DNA from: an uncultured Candidatus Saccharibacteria bacterium
GTDB taxonomy: Bacteria; Patescibacteriota; UBA1384; DTJR01
DNA: 64,000 nt
Assembly: GCA_964473025.1 (NCBI GenBank)
Contig: CAYYMZ010000002.1
Location: 3,241-67,240, forward strand
Reading direction: 5' to 3'
In this document: positions 18,194 through 27,283 of the stretch, piece after piece
How positions within the stretch are numbered: the stretch's first letter is position 1
How the letters are laid out: each line of letters opens with the position of its first letter
Made by a program: the position numbers and the translations under genes
Notes under the pieces: generated by a model
The model's database searches: none
Told to the model about the DNA's origin: nothing
Seen by the model: only the letters and a program-made list of their open reading frames with translations

Positions 18194-19261
18194 TTACATG
18201 CCCGAAACGCCAAATTCAGAAATTGCCCGCATTTGCTCATCATATGTTTTTGAGAAGTGAATTGCCTGATTACGATCGTGAAAGAAATATAAATTATCAA
18301 AATTTGGTTCAGGCGATACGGCCGCTTGAATACTTTTTAATCCGGGGTTACAAATTGGCGCTGGAGGATAACCCTTGTTTTTATAACTGTTAAAGGGGGA
18401 GTCCAAATCGAGATAATCCTGCCTTGTAATTGCAGCCCAAAAAGTAAAATCAACACTTTTTTTCTTGAGATATGTCTGGGTATCCTTCGCGTACTGAACG
18501 GTCGGATCCGCCTGAAGCAACATATTATTATCGGCCCTGTTTTTAAAAACAGCAGCAATTTTTGCCCGTTCAGAGTCGTCTTTCGCCTCTCTTTCGACAA
18601 TGGACGCTAGAATCAACTGATCTAGGTCAAGATTAAGTTTTTCCGTTCTACTCTCAAGGTTGTCCTTAAATACTTTGATGATTTTAGATGGTTCAAGGTC
18701 GTAAGGAAAAACGTACGTGTCCGGAAAGAGCGTTCCTTCTGTTCCGGAAGCGGCTGCAACAAATTTCGTCGCATCCACCTGACCCTTTTCCTCTAAGAGC
18801 TTGGCGATTTGCAAGACCCTGTATCCCTCCGGAATTGTCACGGAGAAGGCATCAACCTTTCCTTTTCTCATTTTCTCAACAATTTCCCTTGTTCCCATCG
18901 ATGGCGAAAGTTTGTAGCTGCCCGCCTGCAGGGCACCGCGTTCCTCGATCTTAGAAGTGAGAAAAAAAGAAAGAGCAGACCTGATAAAACGCTCCTTTTC
19001 AAGCTGCTTGCCGATCGAATACGTTGACTGTCCACTCTTAGCCTCAAAATAGCGGTAATCTTCTATATTTGAGGAAACAGGGCGTTTCATAAAATTTGCC
19101 CAAGCGGTGAAAAAAAGAAAAGTGATGACAATCGCGATGCCGATACCGACAAAAACTTTATTTTGGAAAAGCGCAAAACCGGGCTTATTTTTTTGGTCGC
19201 TAATTTTAAGGTCCTTGCCTTTTTCCCGATTTTTTTCTTTATAGAAATTAACTATTTTCAT
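18194..19261 (-). CDS. mltG: endolytic murein transglycosylase MltG (YceG family)
   Basis: N-terminal TM followed by a YceG-like domain ('LASIVEREA', 'VFKNR', 'LQADPTVQY'). Confidence 0.82.
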   Translation of the reverse strand: MKIVNFYKEKNREKGKDLKISDQKNKPGFALFQNKVFVGIGIAIVITFLFFTAWANFMKRPVSSNIEDYRYFEAKSGQSTYSIGKQLEKERFIRSALSFFLTSKIEERGALQAGSYKLSPSMGTREIVEKMRKGKVDAFSVTIPEGYRVLQIAKLLEEKGQVDATKFVAAASGTEGTLFPDTYVFPYDLEPSKIIKVFKDNLESRTEKLNLDLDQLILASIVEREAKDDSERAKIAAVFKNRADNNMLLQADPTVQYAKDTQTYLKKKSVDFTFWAAITRQDYLDLDSPFNSYKNKGYPPAPICNPGLKSIQAAVSPEPNFDNLYFFHDRNQAIHFSKTYDEQMRAISEFGVSGM

Positions 19262-19634
19262 TAAGATATTGCTCTAAGATTATTTTCGCTGCCTGGGAGT
19301 CAACGTTTTCCTTTTTCGCCCCGAGATCGTGAGCATAACTCGTTGAAAAAGATTCCTCAACCATCTCGAAAGGCAGATCAATATATTCTTTTAATTTTCG
19401 AGCAAACTCTTCGCTAAAACATGTCTGGTCCGTCTTAGTTCCTTCTCCACCCAATGGCAAACCGACGATAATTTTTTTAATTTTTTGTTCGTCAATGATT
19501 TTCCTAAGATTGGCAACGAAAGATTCTGAATCGTTAATATCAAACTCGAGAACCGCAAACGCCTCGGCCATAATCCCGTGGGAGATCGCAACCCCCACCC
19601 TCTTTCTCCCCGGGTCTAGGGCAATTAGATTCAC
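19248..19634 (-). CDS. ruvX: YqgF/RuvX putative pre-16S rRNA nuclease / Holliday-junction resolvase-like
   Basis: 128 aa with 'LIALDPGRKRVGVAISHG' and 'IIVGLPLG'. Confidence 0.85.
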   Translation of the reverse strand: MNLIALDPGRKRVGVAISHGIMAEAFAVLEFDINDSESFVANLRKIIDEQKIKKIIVGLPLGGEGTKTDQTCFSEEFARKLKEYIDLPFEMVEESFSTSYAHDLGAKKENVDSQAAKIILEQYLNENS

Positions 19635-21373
19635 TTTGCGTTATACTCCAAATTTACGTTTATATTTCTAGTTAATGCCGGGGCTAACGGCAAGGAATAG
19701 TTTGGCCAAAGACTGATGCTTTGAACCGTGACACCGGGTATCCCGGTTAGGGAGTTCCTAATAGTTTTAATCGGCTTGAACCGCCATGATTTCTCCAGCT
19801 GAGTTAAATCCATCTTCGGACCAATGTGGCTTTTCAGATTTCCCGCAACTTGCAGTTTGCCTGTATTAATCTGGTTATCTTTAAGGGTAGGTGTAAATAT
19901 ATCCGTACCGGTTAGTAATAATCCCTTGCCTTGCGGTAGCGTTTTCTCGATTGAAGCAACGATGACGTCTTCCAAATCTTGGAGCTTAAAAGCGATGGTG
20001 GTATATTTTGCCTTTGCCTTGGCTGTAAAATCATCTGCTTCGTCTCCTGAATTTTTCGAAGTTGAAAAATTGCTAAGCTCGGTAACTCCGGATCCTTCAA
20101 GAATCATTAAGCCCATGGCGCGATCTGCATCGCTTAGGGCATCGCTCATTTTTTGTTGCTGCAGGTCATCTCTCGCCTTGTCGATATCGCCTTCTGTTAC
20201 AATTTTAATCTTTTTCGTCACCCCGCCAGACGTGGAACCCTCTGCCGTTAAGCCGACTTTGCCTGTAACCGAATAAGTTGTGGATTGCGACATGTTGCCG
20301 TTTGAACCTGGGTTTTTTGCACTAACTGAACCATCCGCCTTACCCAGAGTGATATTGCCCATATTAACCGTTGCTGCCGGAACAACAATTGTGCTATCTA
20401 GCACAAAATCGACACCTGAAGATGACCGGACAACCGTTCCGGCATTAATTGTTTGAGCACTGCCATCATTGTTTTTAAACGACAATGTTCCCTTCGCCTT
20501 CTCCCCTGCGTCCTTTGTGCCCGTTGCTGCATAGGACGAGCTTATTTCCTTTTCTTTTTGAACCTGTACGCCCGGAATGATGCTTTGGTCAAAGTCAATA
20601 ACTGTGCGATCTTTCTCGACCTGAGAGGAGACCTCTTTATCAATTGGCTCAGCGTCTACTAAAAGTTTGATTTCCAGCCGACTAAAGAATAAATCTACCG
20701 CCAAGACAAGCAAGATCACGCCGGTAACAATTGATGAGGTAACGATGATTTTCTTCTTTTTTGACCAACCAGATTTAAGCTGTGGCTTGTGATCGCCAAA
20801 TTTTATCGGGCGTGCGGCCTCAATTTCTTCCCGGTCCGGCGCTGACCCCTTTTGCGTAACCGGTCTTTTAATAAAGTGCTCTGGTTCCTTTTTCTCGACA
20901 CTTTCAGATGGAGCTTCGATCTCTTCGGGCTTCGGGACCTCTTTTTCTTCCGGCTCTCCAATTTCCCCTTCCTTATCTCTCACATCATCATAGCGGTGTA
21001 CTGCAAAGCCGGTGGGCACTTCTTCGGTACCCTCGGGCACTTTTTTGCTCATGTCAATTTCCAGAGGCTCTTTTAGTTCCTCTATTTCTTTATTTCCCGA
21101 AGAAGCAATTGGGGTTTGACTTTTTACGTCAGCGTAAGTTAGCAAGCCAACCTGGGTAGCAAGGTTTCTGCCCACCTCATCTGAAGTGATAAGGGCAATT
21201 TCTTTCTTAAGTTTTTCGGCTTCCTTTTTAAGCAGTTTTAAACTAACTACCGATTGAACGATAGTTGACCCTTTGGGTGCAACCAAGCCAATCGAGGCCG
21301 CCTCAAGCCCCTTAAGTTTATCAACAACCGAAGTTATCTCTTCGTCTGCCTCTAAATACAAAACCTCGTCCAT
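19631..21373 (-). CDS. hypothetical bitopic membrane protein (~200-aa charged cytoplasmic N-domain, one TM, ~345-aa extracytoplasmic domain) in the ftsA neighbourhood
   Basis: 580-aa ORF. TM helix 'IIVTSSIVTGVILLVLAVDLFF'. No recognisable catalytic motifs. It occupies the position where ftsZ usually follows ftsA. Confidence 0.6.
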   Translation of the reverse strand: MDEVLYLEADEEITSVVDKLKGLEAASIGLVAPKGSTIVQSVVSLKLLKKEAEKLKKEIALITSDEVGRNLATQVGLLTYADVKSQTPIASSGNKEIEELKEPLEIDMSKKVPEGTEEVPTGFAVHRYDDVRDKEGEIGEPEEKEVPKPEEIEAPSESVEKKEPEHFIKRPVTQKGSAPDREEIEAARPIKFGDHKPQLKSGWSKKKKIIVTSSIVTGVILLVLAVDLFFSRLEIKLLVDAEPIDKEVSSQVEKDRTVIDFDQSIIPGVQVQKEKEISSSYAATGTKDAGEKAKGTLSFKNNDGSAQTINAGTVVRSSSGVDFVLDSTIVVPAATVNMGNITLGKADGSVSAKNPGSNGNMSQSTTYSVTGKVGLTAEGSTSGGVTKKIKIVTEGDIDKARDDLQQQKMSDALSDADRAMGLMILEGSGVTELSNFSTSKNSGDEADDFTAKAKAKYTTIAFKLQDLEDVIVASIEKTLPQGKGLLLTGTDIFTPTLKDNQINTGKLQVAGNLKSHIGPKMDLTQLEKSWRFKPIKTIRNSLTGIPGVTVQSISLWPNYSLPLAPALTRNINVNLEYNAK

Positions 21374-22630
21374 CTAGCTCCTCAATGTTGAAATTGCTTT
21401 TGATAAAACCCCGTCCATAACCTTTTCCTTGCCAACCATATCTATTGCCAAGTTTGCCAGCGCCATCGGGGTAACGTCTTCGGTCTTTTTTAATTCCCCT
21501 GATTCATCCACCACCGATGTAACATCCTTGGGGCGCAAAAATCCGATAGCGGGTTTTTTAGCAAAAGGAACGGTCTTGGCCCATTTAGCTTCGTTTAATA
21601 CTTTTTCAATTTCCGGGAGGTTACTGCCGCCACCGCAAAGCAAAATTCTCGACGGTAGCAAATCAAGATCCGTAAACTCTTCGAGTGTCAGTTGAACACC
21701 CGCCAGCCACACTTCGCTGTCTTGTGATAAAGCATCCTCGATTTTTTTTCTTTTCTCTTCGGTTAATTTCCCCGATGAATAGTCAATTTTGTCCTGCTCC
21801 GCTTCCAAAAACGACTCACCCAAAACACCTGCAATCCTCTTGGTAAAAGCACGGCCACCTAAGGCAAACATCTTGGTTCCGGCGAGACCACCTTGATTAA
21901 CCACGGCAATATCTGTTGTGCCACCGCCGATGTCGATAAATACGGCGGAGAAATCATTTCCCTGATCTGGTCCCATGCAACGCGCCACAGCGAACGGCTC
22001 GGCCGCAATTGATAATAAATCTAAATCCAAGCTTTCGGCAATCGTCTGGAGTGCCCCTAAATGAACATTTGGAGCAAAGCAGTTAAAAACCGCCACTTCA
22101 ATTTCTTTTCCCTGAAAACCAAGGGGGTTTGTAACGTGATATCCGTCAATTTTGACGTCAACCACCGCAGCATTAACTAGTTTAACATTAATTTCCTTGT
22201 GCCCGGTTTCGTAAGCCAAAATTTTCCGAGCACGTTCAAATGTTTCTTTCTGGATTTTAGCGACAATTTCTTCAAGTTCGCGCAAAGTGATTTTTGCATC
22301 TTGTTCGGGACGGATATATCTGACATGAGAGGTAATGCCTTTTACCAACTCTCCCGCAATTCCGATTATCACTTGTTCAGGCATAATCTTGGCTTGGGTC
22401 GCGGCTTGTTCGAGAGCGACCTCGCAATTGCGGATTACGCCGTAAATATCAGTTACGACACCACCTTGAATGTCGGCTAGCCGCTGCCTCTGTCGTCCTA
22501 CACCTAAAACTTTGGCCTTGTCGTCTTCAACTTTAAAAATCAGCGTTTTTACAAACTCTGTTCCGATATCTAAAGATATGGCGTAGTTATCGAAATTTAC
22601 CTTGCCGCGAAATACATCCAAAAATCCCAA
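21374..22630 (-). CDS. ftsA: actin-like ATPase, FtsA-like (PilM-like not excluded)
   Basis: 418 aa with actin-fold phosphate motifs 'SLDIGTEFVK', 'DIGGGTTDIAVV', 'LCGGGSNLP'. Confidence 0.65.
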   Translation of the reverse strand: MGFLDVFRGKVNFDNYAISLDIGTEFVKTLIFKVEDDKAKVLGVGRQRQRLADIQGGVVTDIYGVIRNCEVALEQAATQAKIMPEQVIIGIAGELVKGITSHVRYIRPEQDAKITLRELEEIVAKIQKETFERARKILAYETGHKEINVKLVNAAVVDVKIDGYHVTNPLGFQGKEIEVAVFNCFAPNVHLGALQTIAESLDLDLLSIAAEPFAVARCMGPDQGNDFSAVFIDIGGGTTDIAVVNQGGLAGTKMFALGGRAFTKRIAGVLGESFLEAEQDKIDYSSGKLTEEKRKKIEDALSQDSEVWLAGVQLTLEEFTDLDLLPSRILLCGGGSNLPEIEKVLNEAKWAKTVPFAKKPAIGFLRPKDVTSVVDESGELKKTEDVTPMALANLAIDMVGKEKVMDGVLSKAISTLRS

Positions 22631-22687
22631 GGAATGCCTCCTTCTTACATATTAGCAAATTTAAGAAATAAAATCTCCCTGATAATT

Positions 22688-24562
22688 TTATTCTAAAACA
22701 GCCTTGATCCGTCTGACACCGGAGCTGGATGATTCTTCTTTAATGATTTTAAAACGGCCAAGCTCGGAAGTGTTGTTAGTGTGAGGACCACCGCAAATTT
22801 CCCGACTAAAAGGAGGTTCTGAGCTTGTCGAAGAATTTGGCCCGATTGAATAAACTTTGACATTTTCGGCATACTTTTCATCGAACACACCTATCGCTCC
22901 CGATTTTTTGGCCTCAAATACCGGCATTTTTTCCATCTTCACCGGTATAGTTTCTTTGATTTTTTCGTTTACTATATCTTCAACTTTTTGAATTTGTTCG
23001 TCAGTCAACTTGTCTGGATGAGAAAAATCAAAACGTAGCCGTTCAGAAGTAATGTTCGAACCCTTTTGGAAAACATGATCACCTAAAACCTGGCGCAATG
23101 CCGCAAGAAGCAGGTGGGTGGCAGTATGATATTTTGCCGCTTGTTCGCTGCCGCTTTCAAGACCTCCTTTAAACATTCCGGTCGGCGCGGTTCGAGATTT
23201 TTCTTGGTGGACTTTAAGTTCTTCGCGAAAATTGTGATTATCAACAATCAAATGTTCTTTTTGGGCAATTTCTAAAATCATTTCTTTCGGGAAGCCGAAC
23301 GACTGATACAGGTCAAAAATCTCTTTACCACTTAGGGTCGCTGCTAAAATATCGCCTTTTTTCAAACCAATTGCATCAAGCTCAGGATAACTTTCGTCGG
23401 GATTTTTTAAAAATGCGCTCAAGATTTCCCGCTTGGCATCAAGTTGCATTAACTGATCGTATTTATCTTCGGAAATTGGTTTTTTCTTTTCGATAATTTC
23501 ATCGGCTTTTTTGGAACCGCTTTCAATGGTGTTAAAAAACCTCTCCTCCTCATTTTGAATCAGAGCAATTACATCTTCACGGTCAAAACTTTCATTTGGA
23601 TAGGTAGCAACCGTAGCTTCAACAACCGGTGTTAGTGAAGATTTTATTCCGAGAAGCCAACTATATCTCACAGCGCGCCTTATCAGCCGGCGCAAAATAT
23701 AACCTTGGCCTTTATTCGACGGTTCAATTCCTTCATTTGTAATAAAAGCAGCCGCTTTTATATGATCCAAGACGATCCGCTCGGCAACCGAACCCTCGAT
23801 TTTTAACAACTCGTGCAATTTCTTGTGAGGTTTTTCAAACAGGTCTGTGTGATAAACGTTTTCTACCTTATTCAAAACTGCCACTAATCTGTCGAGCCCC
23901 ATCCCCGTATCAACTCCTTTGAGTTCGGATGCAACGTACTCACCATTTTCAAATTTGTATTCGTTGAAAACAAGGTTCCAAATCTCAACACCATCGATAT
24001 AAAATTCAACGGTTGGACCGCCGGGACTACCCTGTGTCCCCAAAGACCAAAAGGTCTCATCAAAACCGGTTCCTAATATTTTCGAATCCTCCAAGCCCGT
24101 TACTTTCTTTAAAATTTCGTGTGACTCGTGGTCCTCTGAAATTCCCTTGTCACCGGCAAAATAGGTACATGAAATCCGATCTTTCTCGACACCAAGCTCA
24201 GCCGTCAAAAACTCCCACGACATTTCAATCGCTTCTTTTTTAAAATAAGAACCGTCTTTTTCGGGATAGCCGAATGAAAAATTACCGAGCATCTCAAAAA
24301 AGGTTAAGTGGGTTTCGTCGCCAACTTCTTCGATATCACCAGTACGAATACATTTTTGACAAGTTGCAATCGAAGCGGCAGGAGCTTCATCAGGACGATC
24401 ATAAAAGCGCTTGAACTGCTGCATTCCGGCGGTGGTAAACAAAACAGACGGATCGTTTTCGGGTAATAACGAAGAAGAAGGCAGTATTTTGTGCCCCTTC
24501 TTTTCGAAAAATTCTAAAAACTTTTCTCTCAAATTAATTGTTGAGAAATCTGGCGAAGGCAT
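22688..24562 (-). CDS. alaS: alanyl-tRNA synthetase, short form (catalytic + tRNA-recognition + editing domains; no C-Ala domain)
   Basis: N-terminus 'LREKFLEFFEKKGHKILPSSSL...FTTAGMQQF'. Editing-domain 'HTATHLL' and 'CGGPH'. Only 624 aa, whereas AlaS is typically ~870. Confidence 0.85.
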   Translation of the reverse strand: MPSPDFSTINLREKFLEFFEKKGHKILPSSSLLPENDPSVLFTTAGMQQFKRFYDRPDEAPAASIATCQKCIRTGDIEEVGDETHLTFFEMLGNFSFGYPEKDGSYFKKEAIEMSWEFLTAELGVEKDRISCTYFAGDKGISEDHESHEILKKVTGLEDSKILGTGFDETFWSLGTQGSPGGPTVEFYIDGVEIWNLVFNEYKFENGEYVASELKGVDTGMGLDRLVAVLNKVENVYHTDLFEKPHKKLHELLKIEGSVAERIVLDHIKAAAFITNEGIEPSNKGQGYILRRLIRRAVRYSWLLGIKSSLTPVVEATVATYPNESFDREDVIALIQNEEERFFNTIESGSKKADEIIEKKKPISEDKYDQLMQLDAKREILSAFLKNPDESYPELDAIGLKKGDILAATLSGKEIFDLYQSFGFPKEMILEIAQKEHLIVDNHNFREELKVHQEKSRTAPTGMFKGGLESGSEQAAKYHTATHLLLAALRQVLGDHVFQKGSNITSERLRFDFSHPDKLTDEQIQKVEDIVNEKIKETIPVKMEKMPVFEAKKSGAIGVFDEKYAENVKVYSIGPNSSTSSEPPFSREICGGPHTNNTSELGRFKIIKEESSSSGVRRIKAVLE

Positions 24563-25217
24563 CCTTTATAAATCCCTTCCAAAATGCTTTGGCTTTTTCC
24601 GATGGTTTTTGTATTTCCATTTTTTGCATTACCGGTTGATTCGACCCCGGAATCAACTGAATGGGTCCTGTAAATTTATCTGCATACATTGAAGCGTAAA
24701 CATCGCGTGCAGCCAGAATTTTCGGAGCATAAAGACGTGTTTCGGTTACTAGAACGGAAGAGTCACGAGCAGCTAAATAACGCCTTGCCGCTCCATCGCC
24801 GCCGTTATAGGAGATTAAGGCCGCCGTCCAATCACCGTCATAGTTAGCCATTGCACCCGCCAAATAGGCCGCGCCAACACAAATGCTGGTGTGGGGATCA
24901 AATGGATCGTCTTTTAAGCCCGCGAGCTCTGGTGCGCGCGCCATAAGCCCTCTGTAGGTAGCCGGCATAACCTGAGCCAATCCCATTGCACCGGCACGAG
25001 AAACCGCTCTGGGATTATAATTTGATTCCTTGAGTATTAGGGCCGCTAAAAGTGGTTTATCCAGTCCAAAACGATCGGCACATTCGTTTATTTCATTAAC
25101 ATAATCCAAAGGATAAATATCGTCGGCAAAAATGGCTGGAAAATATCTATAGAACCCGATACCGAAAATCCCGACCACGGCAACCACTAAAACAGTTTGC
25201 ACCATTTTTCTTTTCAT
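24534..25217 (-). CDS. lytic transglycosylase (SLT domain), membrane-anchored
   Basis: N-terminal TM, then 'ALILKESNYNP...AMGLAQVMPATY...AYLAG', which is SLT family 1. Confidence 0.8.
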   Translation of the reverse strand: MKRKMVQTVLVVAVVGIFGIGFYRYFPAIFADDIYPLDYVNEINECADRFGLDKPLLAALILKESNYNPRAVSRAGAMGLAQVMPATYRGLMARAPELAGLKDDPFDPHTSICVGAAYLAGAMANYDGDWTAALISYNGGDGAARRYLAARDSSVLVTETRLYAPKILAARDVYASMYADKFTGPIQLIPGSNQPVMQKMEIQKPSEKAKAFWKGFIKDAFARFLNN

Positions 25218-25362
25218 ACACTTATTTTAGACAATTCAAAACAGATATGCAACAGGGGATGAGCTAAAGGTTTAAAGTTAAAGCTAAAAAGTAAAAACCA
25301 TAATTAAAAACTCTTTACAGTAATACTGTTTTATCGACATTTATTGATAAATCACTTTATTT

Positions 25363-25929
25363 TTGATTAAATTAACTCTTATGAAAATTCGTTCAGTAAA
25401 AGAAAATACGAAACGCAAAGGGGGCGCTCGTCATCTCAAATCGGCTCCGAGGCACGATATCTATTTGATTTTGGATAACATTAGATCGATGTACAACGTC
25501 GGAGCAATATTTAGAACTTGCGATGCTGTCAGGGTTAAAAAAATCTATCTTTGTGGGATGACCGCCACTCCACCCAGAGAGAAAATATTTAAGACCTCGC
25601 TCGGGGCTGTTGATTGGGTCCCCTGGGTTTACAAAAAATCGTCAATTGAAGCAATAAAAGAATTAAAATCTCTCAAAGTACAGATAGTTGCCTTAGAGCA
25701 AACAGATAAAAGTGTCGAATATCGGAATGCCAAATACAAAAAACCGGTTGCAGTTGTAATCGGTCACGAGTTGAGAGGCGTGTCTAAAGAAATCTTAAAA
25801 CAAGCCGACTTACACGTTGAAATACCAATGCACGGTCGTGCAAATAGTTTAAATGTCGCCACGGCGACAGGGATTATTATTTTTGAGGTGCTTTCACGAA
25901 TCATTAAGCAACCCACCAACCGCGGGTAA
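25363..25929 (+). CDS. SpoU/TrmH-family RNA 2'-O-methyltransferase
   Basis: 'LILDNIRSMYNVGAIFRTCDA', 'VIGHELRGV', 'IPMHGRANSLNVATATGIIIFE'. Confidence 0.85.
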   Translation: MIKLTLMKIRSVKENTKRKGGARHLKSAPRHDIYLILDNIRSMYNVGAIFRTCDAVRVKKIYLCGMTATPPREKIFKTSLGAVDWVPWVYKKSSIEAIKELKSLKVQIVALEQTDKSVEYRNAKYKKPVAVVIGHELRGVSKEILKQADLHVEIPMHGRANSLNVATATGIIIFEVLSRIIKQPTNRG

Positions 25930-27040
25930 ACATTATCGTAAACAGCCCCAACATTGTTAAGAACACGATTGTGATCAGGTCATCGACCCACTTTGTCTTC
26001 CCCCACTTGGCTAAAATTATGTAGAATGGGAAGGCAACAAGAGCCATGCGACTATAAGAAAGCATCGTGCCGCTAAAAAGAGGAGCGAGCAGTACTAAGA
26101 GGGCGTAAAGGATGTAAGAAATCCGAATCTTTTTAAAAGACATAGCGATCGCCAAGATAAAAAGCATGAAGAAGCCCCCGCCCATTAAAGCAGTAATGAA
26201 AGCACCCTCCGGCAAGAATAGATGGAAGGAAAAAATTGTCTTGATTTGATTAAAAAGTTCCTGAAAACCCTGCAAATTAATTCCGCGATGCCAACCAGTT
26301 TGCGCACCAAGAAAAGCAAATCGGTTATTAAGCAATCCACCAAGATAAAGAGAGTAGACAATGATTCCAAGTGGCGCCAAAAATGCTATCATTATCCCCT
26401 GGATTTTTAATTTTGTATTTTTGAGGTTTAATCCTTCGACAAAAAGGGGCACAATAAGGATGATTCCTATCAATCTCGTTGCTGAGGCAGCAATAGCAGA
26501 AAAGGAGGCCCAAAGTGGCTTTTGCAATCTGAAAAAATAAAAACTGAGCAATACAACGAATAAAAACAACGGCTCGCTGTAACCGGTCGCTAGAAAGAAG
26601 CTCATCGGGAAAAATAAAAGGTATTTAACCGATCTAAAAGAGCTTTTGTCGTCTAAGTCAAATCTGGCCAGCTTATACAGAAGGATGCAATCGGATAAAG
26701 TCAGCAAATTTGCCAGAATAAATCCGAGTACTCTTGTATCGCAAAATGAGAAGATTCTCTTAAAACCCTCAATCACTATTGGCCAAAACGGGAAAAAAGC
26801 AGGGGCTTGTGAATTTAATTTATATCCGAAGTCAGCGATTGCTGTATACCAACCGGAATCAAATGGTAGCCACATTGAGAGAATCGGGTGCAGGTCATTA
26901 TAAAAAACCGTTCTTGGGTATGAAGGCAGATTGAAAAAAGCAAAGTAAGCAACTAAGAAAAGTGCTAATCGCCAAGCGATAAATAGGAATATTATTCCGA
27001 GAATTTCGTTATTAAAAAATCTTTTTAGTTTTAAAAACAT
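25904..27040 (-). CDS. polytopic membrane protein, GT-C-like glycosyltransferase fold (PMT_2/DUF2029-like) suspected
   Basis: ~11 TM helices. ORF track 25904..27205 runs through tRNA-Leu; the start is reassigned to Met at 27040 ('MFLKLKRFF'). Confidence 0.5.
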   Translation of the reverse strand: MFLKLKRFFNNEILGIIFLFIAWRLALFLVAYFAFFNLPSYPRTVFYNDLHPILSMWLPFDSGWYTAIADFGYKLNSQAPAFFPFWPIVIEGFKRIFSFCDTRVLGFILANLLTLSDCILLYKLARFDLDDKSSFRSVKYLLFFPMSFFLATGYSEPLFLFVVLLSFYFFRLQKPLWASFSAIAASATRLIGIILIVPLFVEGLNLKNTKLKIQGIMIAFLAPLGIIVYSLYLGGLLNNRFAFLGAQTGWHRGINLQGFQELFNQIKTIFSFHLFLPEGAFITALMGGGFFMLFILAIAMSFKKIRISYILYALLVLLAPLFSGTMLSYSRMALVAFPFYIILAKWGKTKWVDDLITIVFLTMLGLFTIMFTRGWWVA

Positions 27041-27124
27041 CTTCTTTGATGCCGCAAATTGCCATGACCTAATTTTGATGATTGTAATTTTTATAACCCT
27101 CCCCCAATGCAACAAAAAGAACGT

Positions 27125-27211
27125 TGGTGCCCGAGGTCGGACTCGAACCGACAAGGCCTTTCGGCCACATGATTTTAAGTCATGCGCGTATACCAGTTCC
27201 GCCACTCGGGC
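27125..27211 (-). tRNA. tRNA-Leu (anticodon UAA), CCA encoded
   Basis: 'GCCCGAGUGGCGGAACUGGUAUACGCGC-AUGA-CUUAAAA-UCAU...' with a long variable arm and T-arm 'GGUUCGAGUCC'. Cloverleaf folded by eye. Confidence 0.85.
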
Positions 27212-27260
27212 TTAGACCCTACCTTAAACATCCTTTCTAAAACGTCCTGAATCTTTTGTA

Positions 27261-27283
27261 TGGGCCAATTCCGCCACTTGGGC
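27261..27283 (-). repeat. partial duplicate of the tRNA-Leu(UAA) 5' acceptor/D-arm ('GCCCAAGUGGCGGAAUUGGCCCA') ~50 nt upstream of the intact gene
   Basis: Matches 20 of 23 positions of the tRNA 5' end; seen directly. Confidence 0.6.

Noticed and set aside
25904-27205. N-terminal 55 residues of the six-frame ORF ('MAELVYAHDLKSCGRKALSVRVRPRAP...')
   Set aside because: This stretch is the reverse-strand translation of tRNA-Leu(UAA) (27125..27211). The real CDS must start at the internal Met at ~27040.
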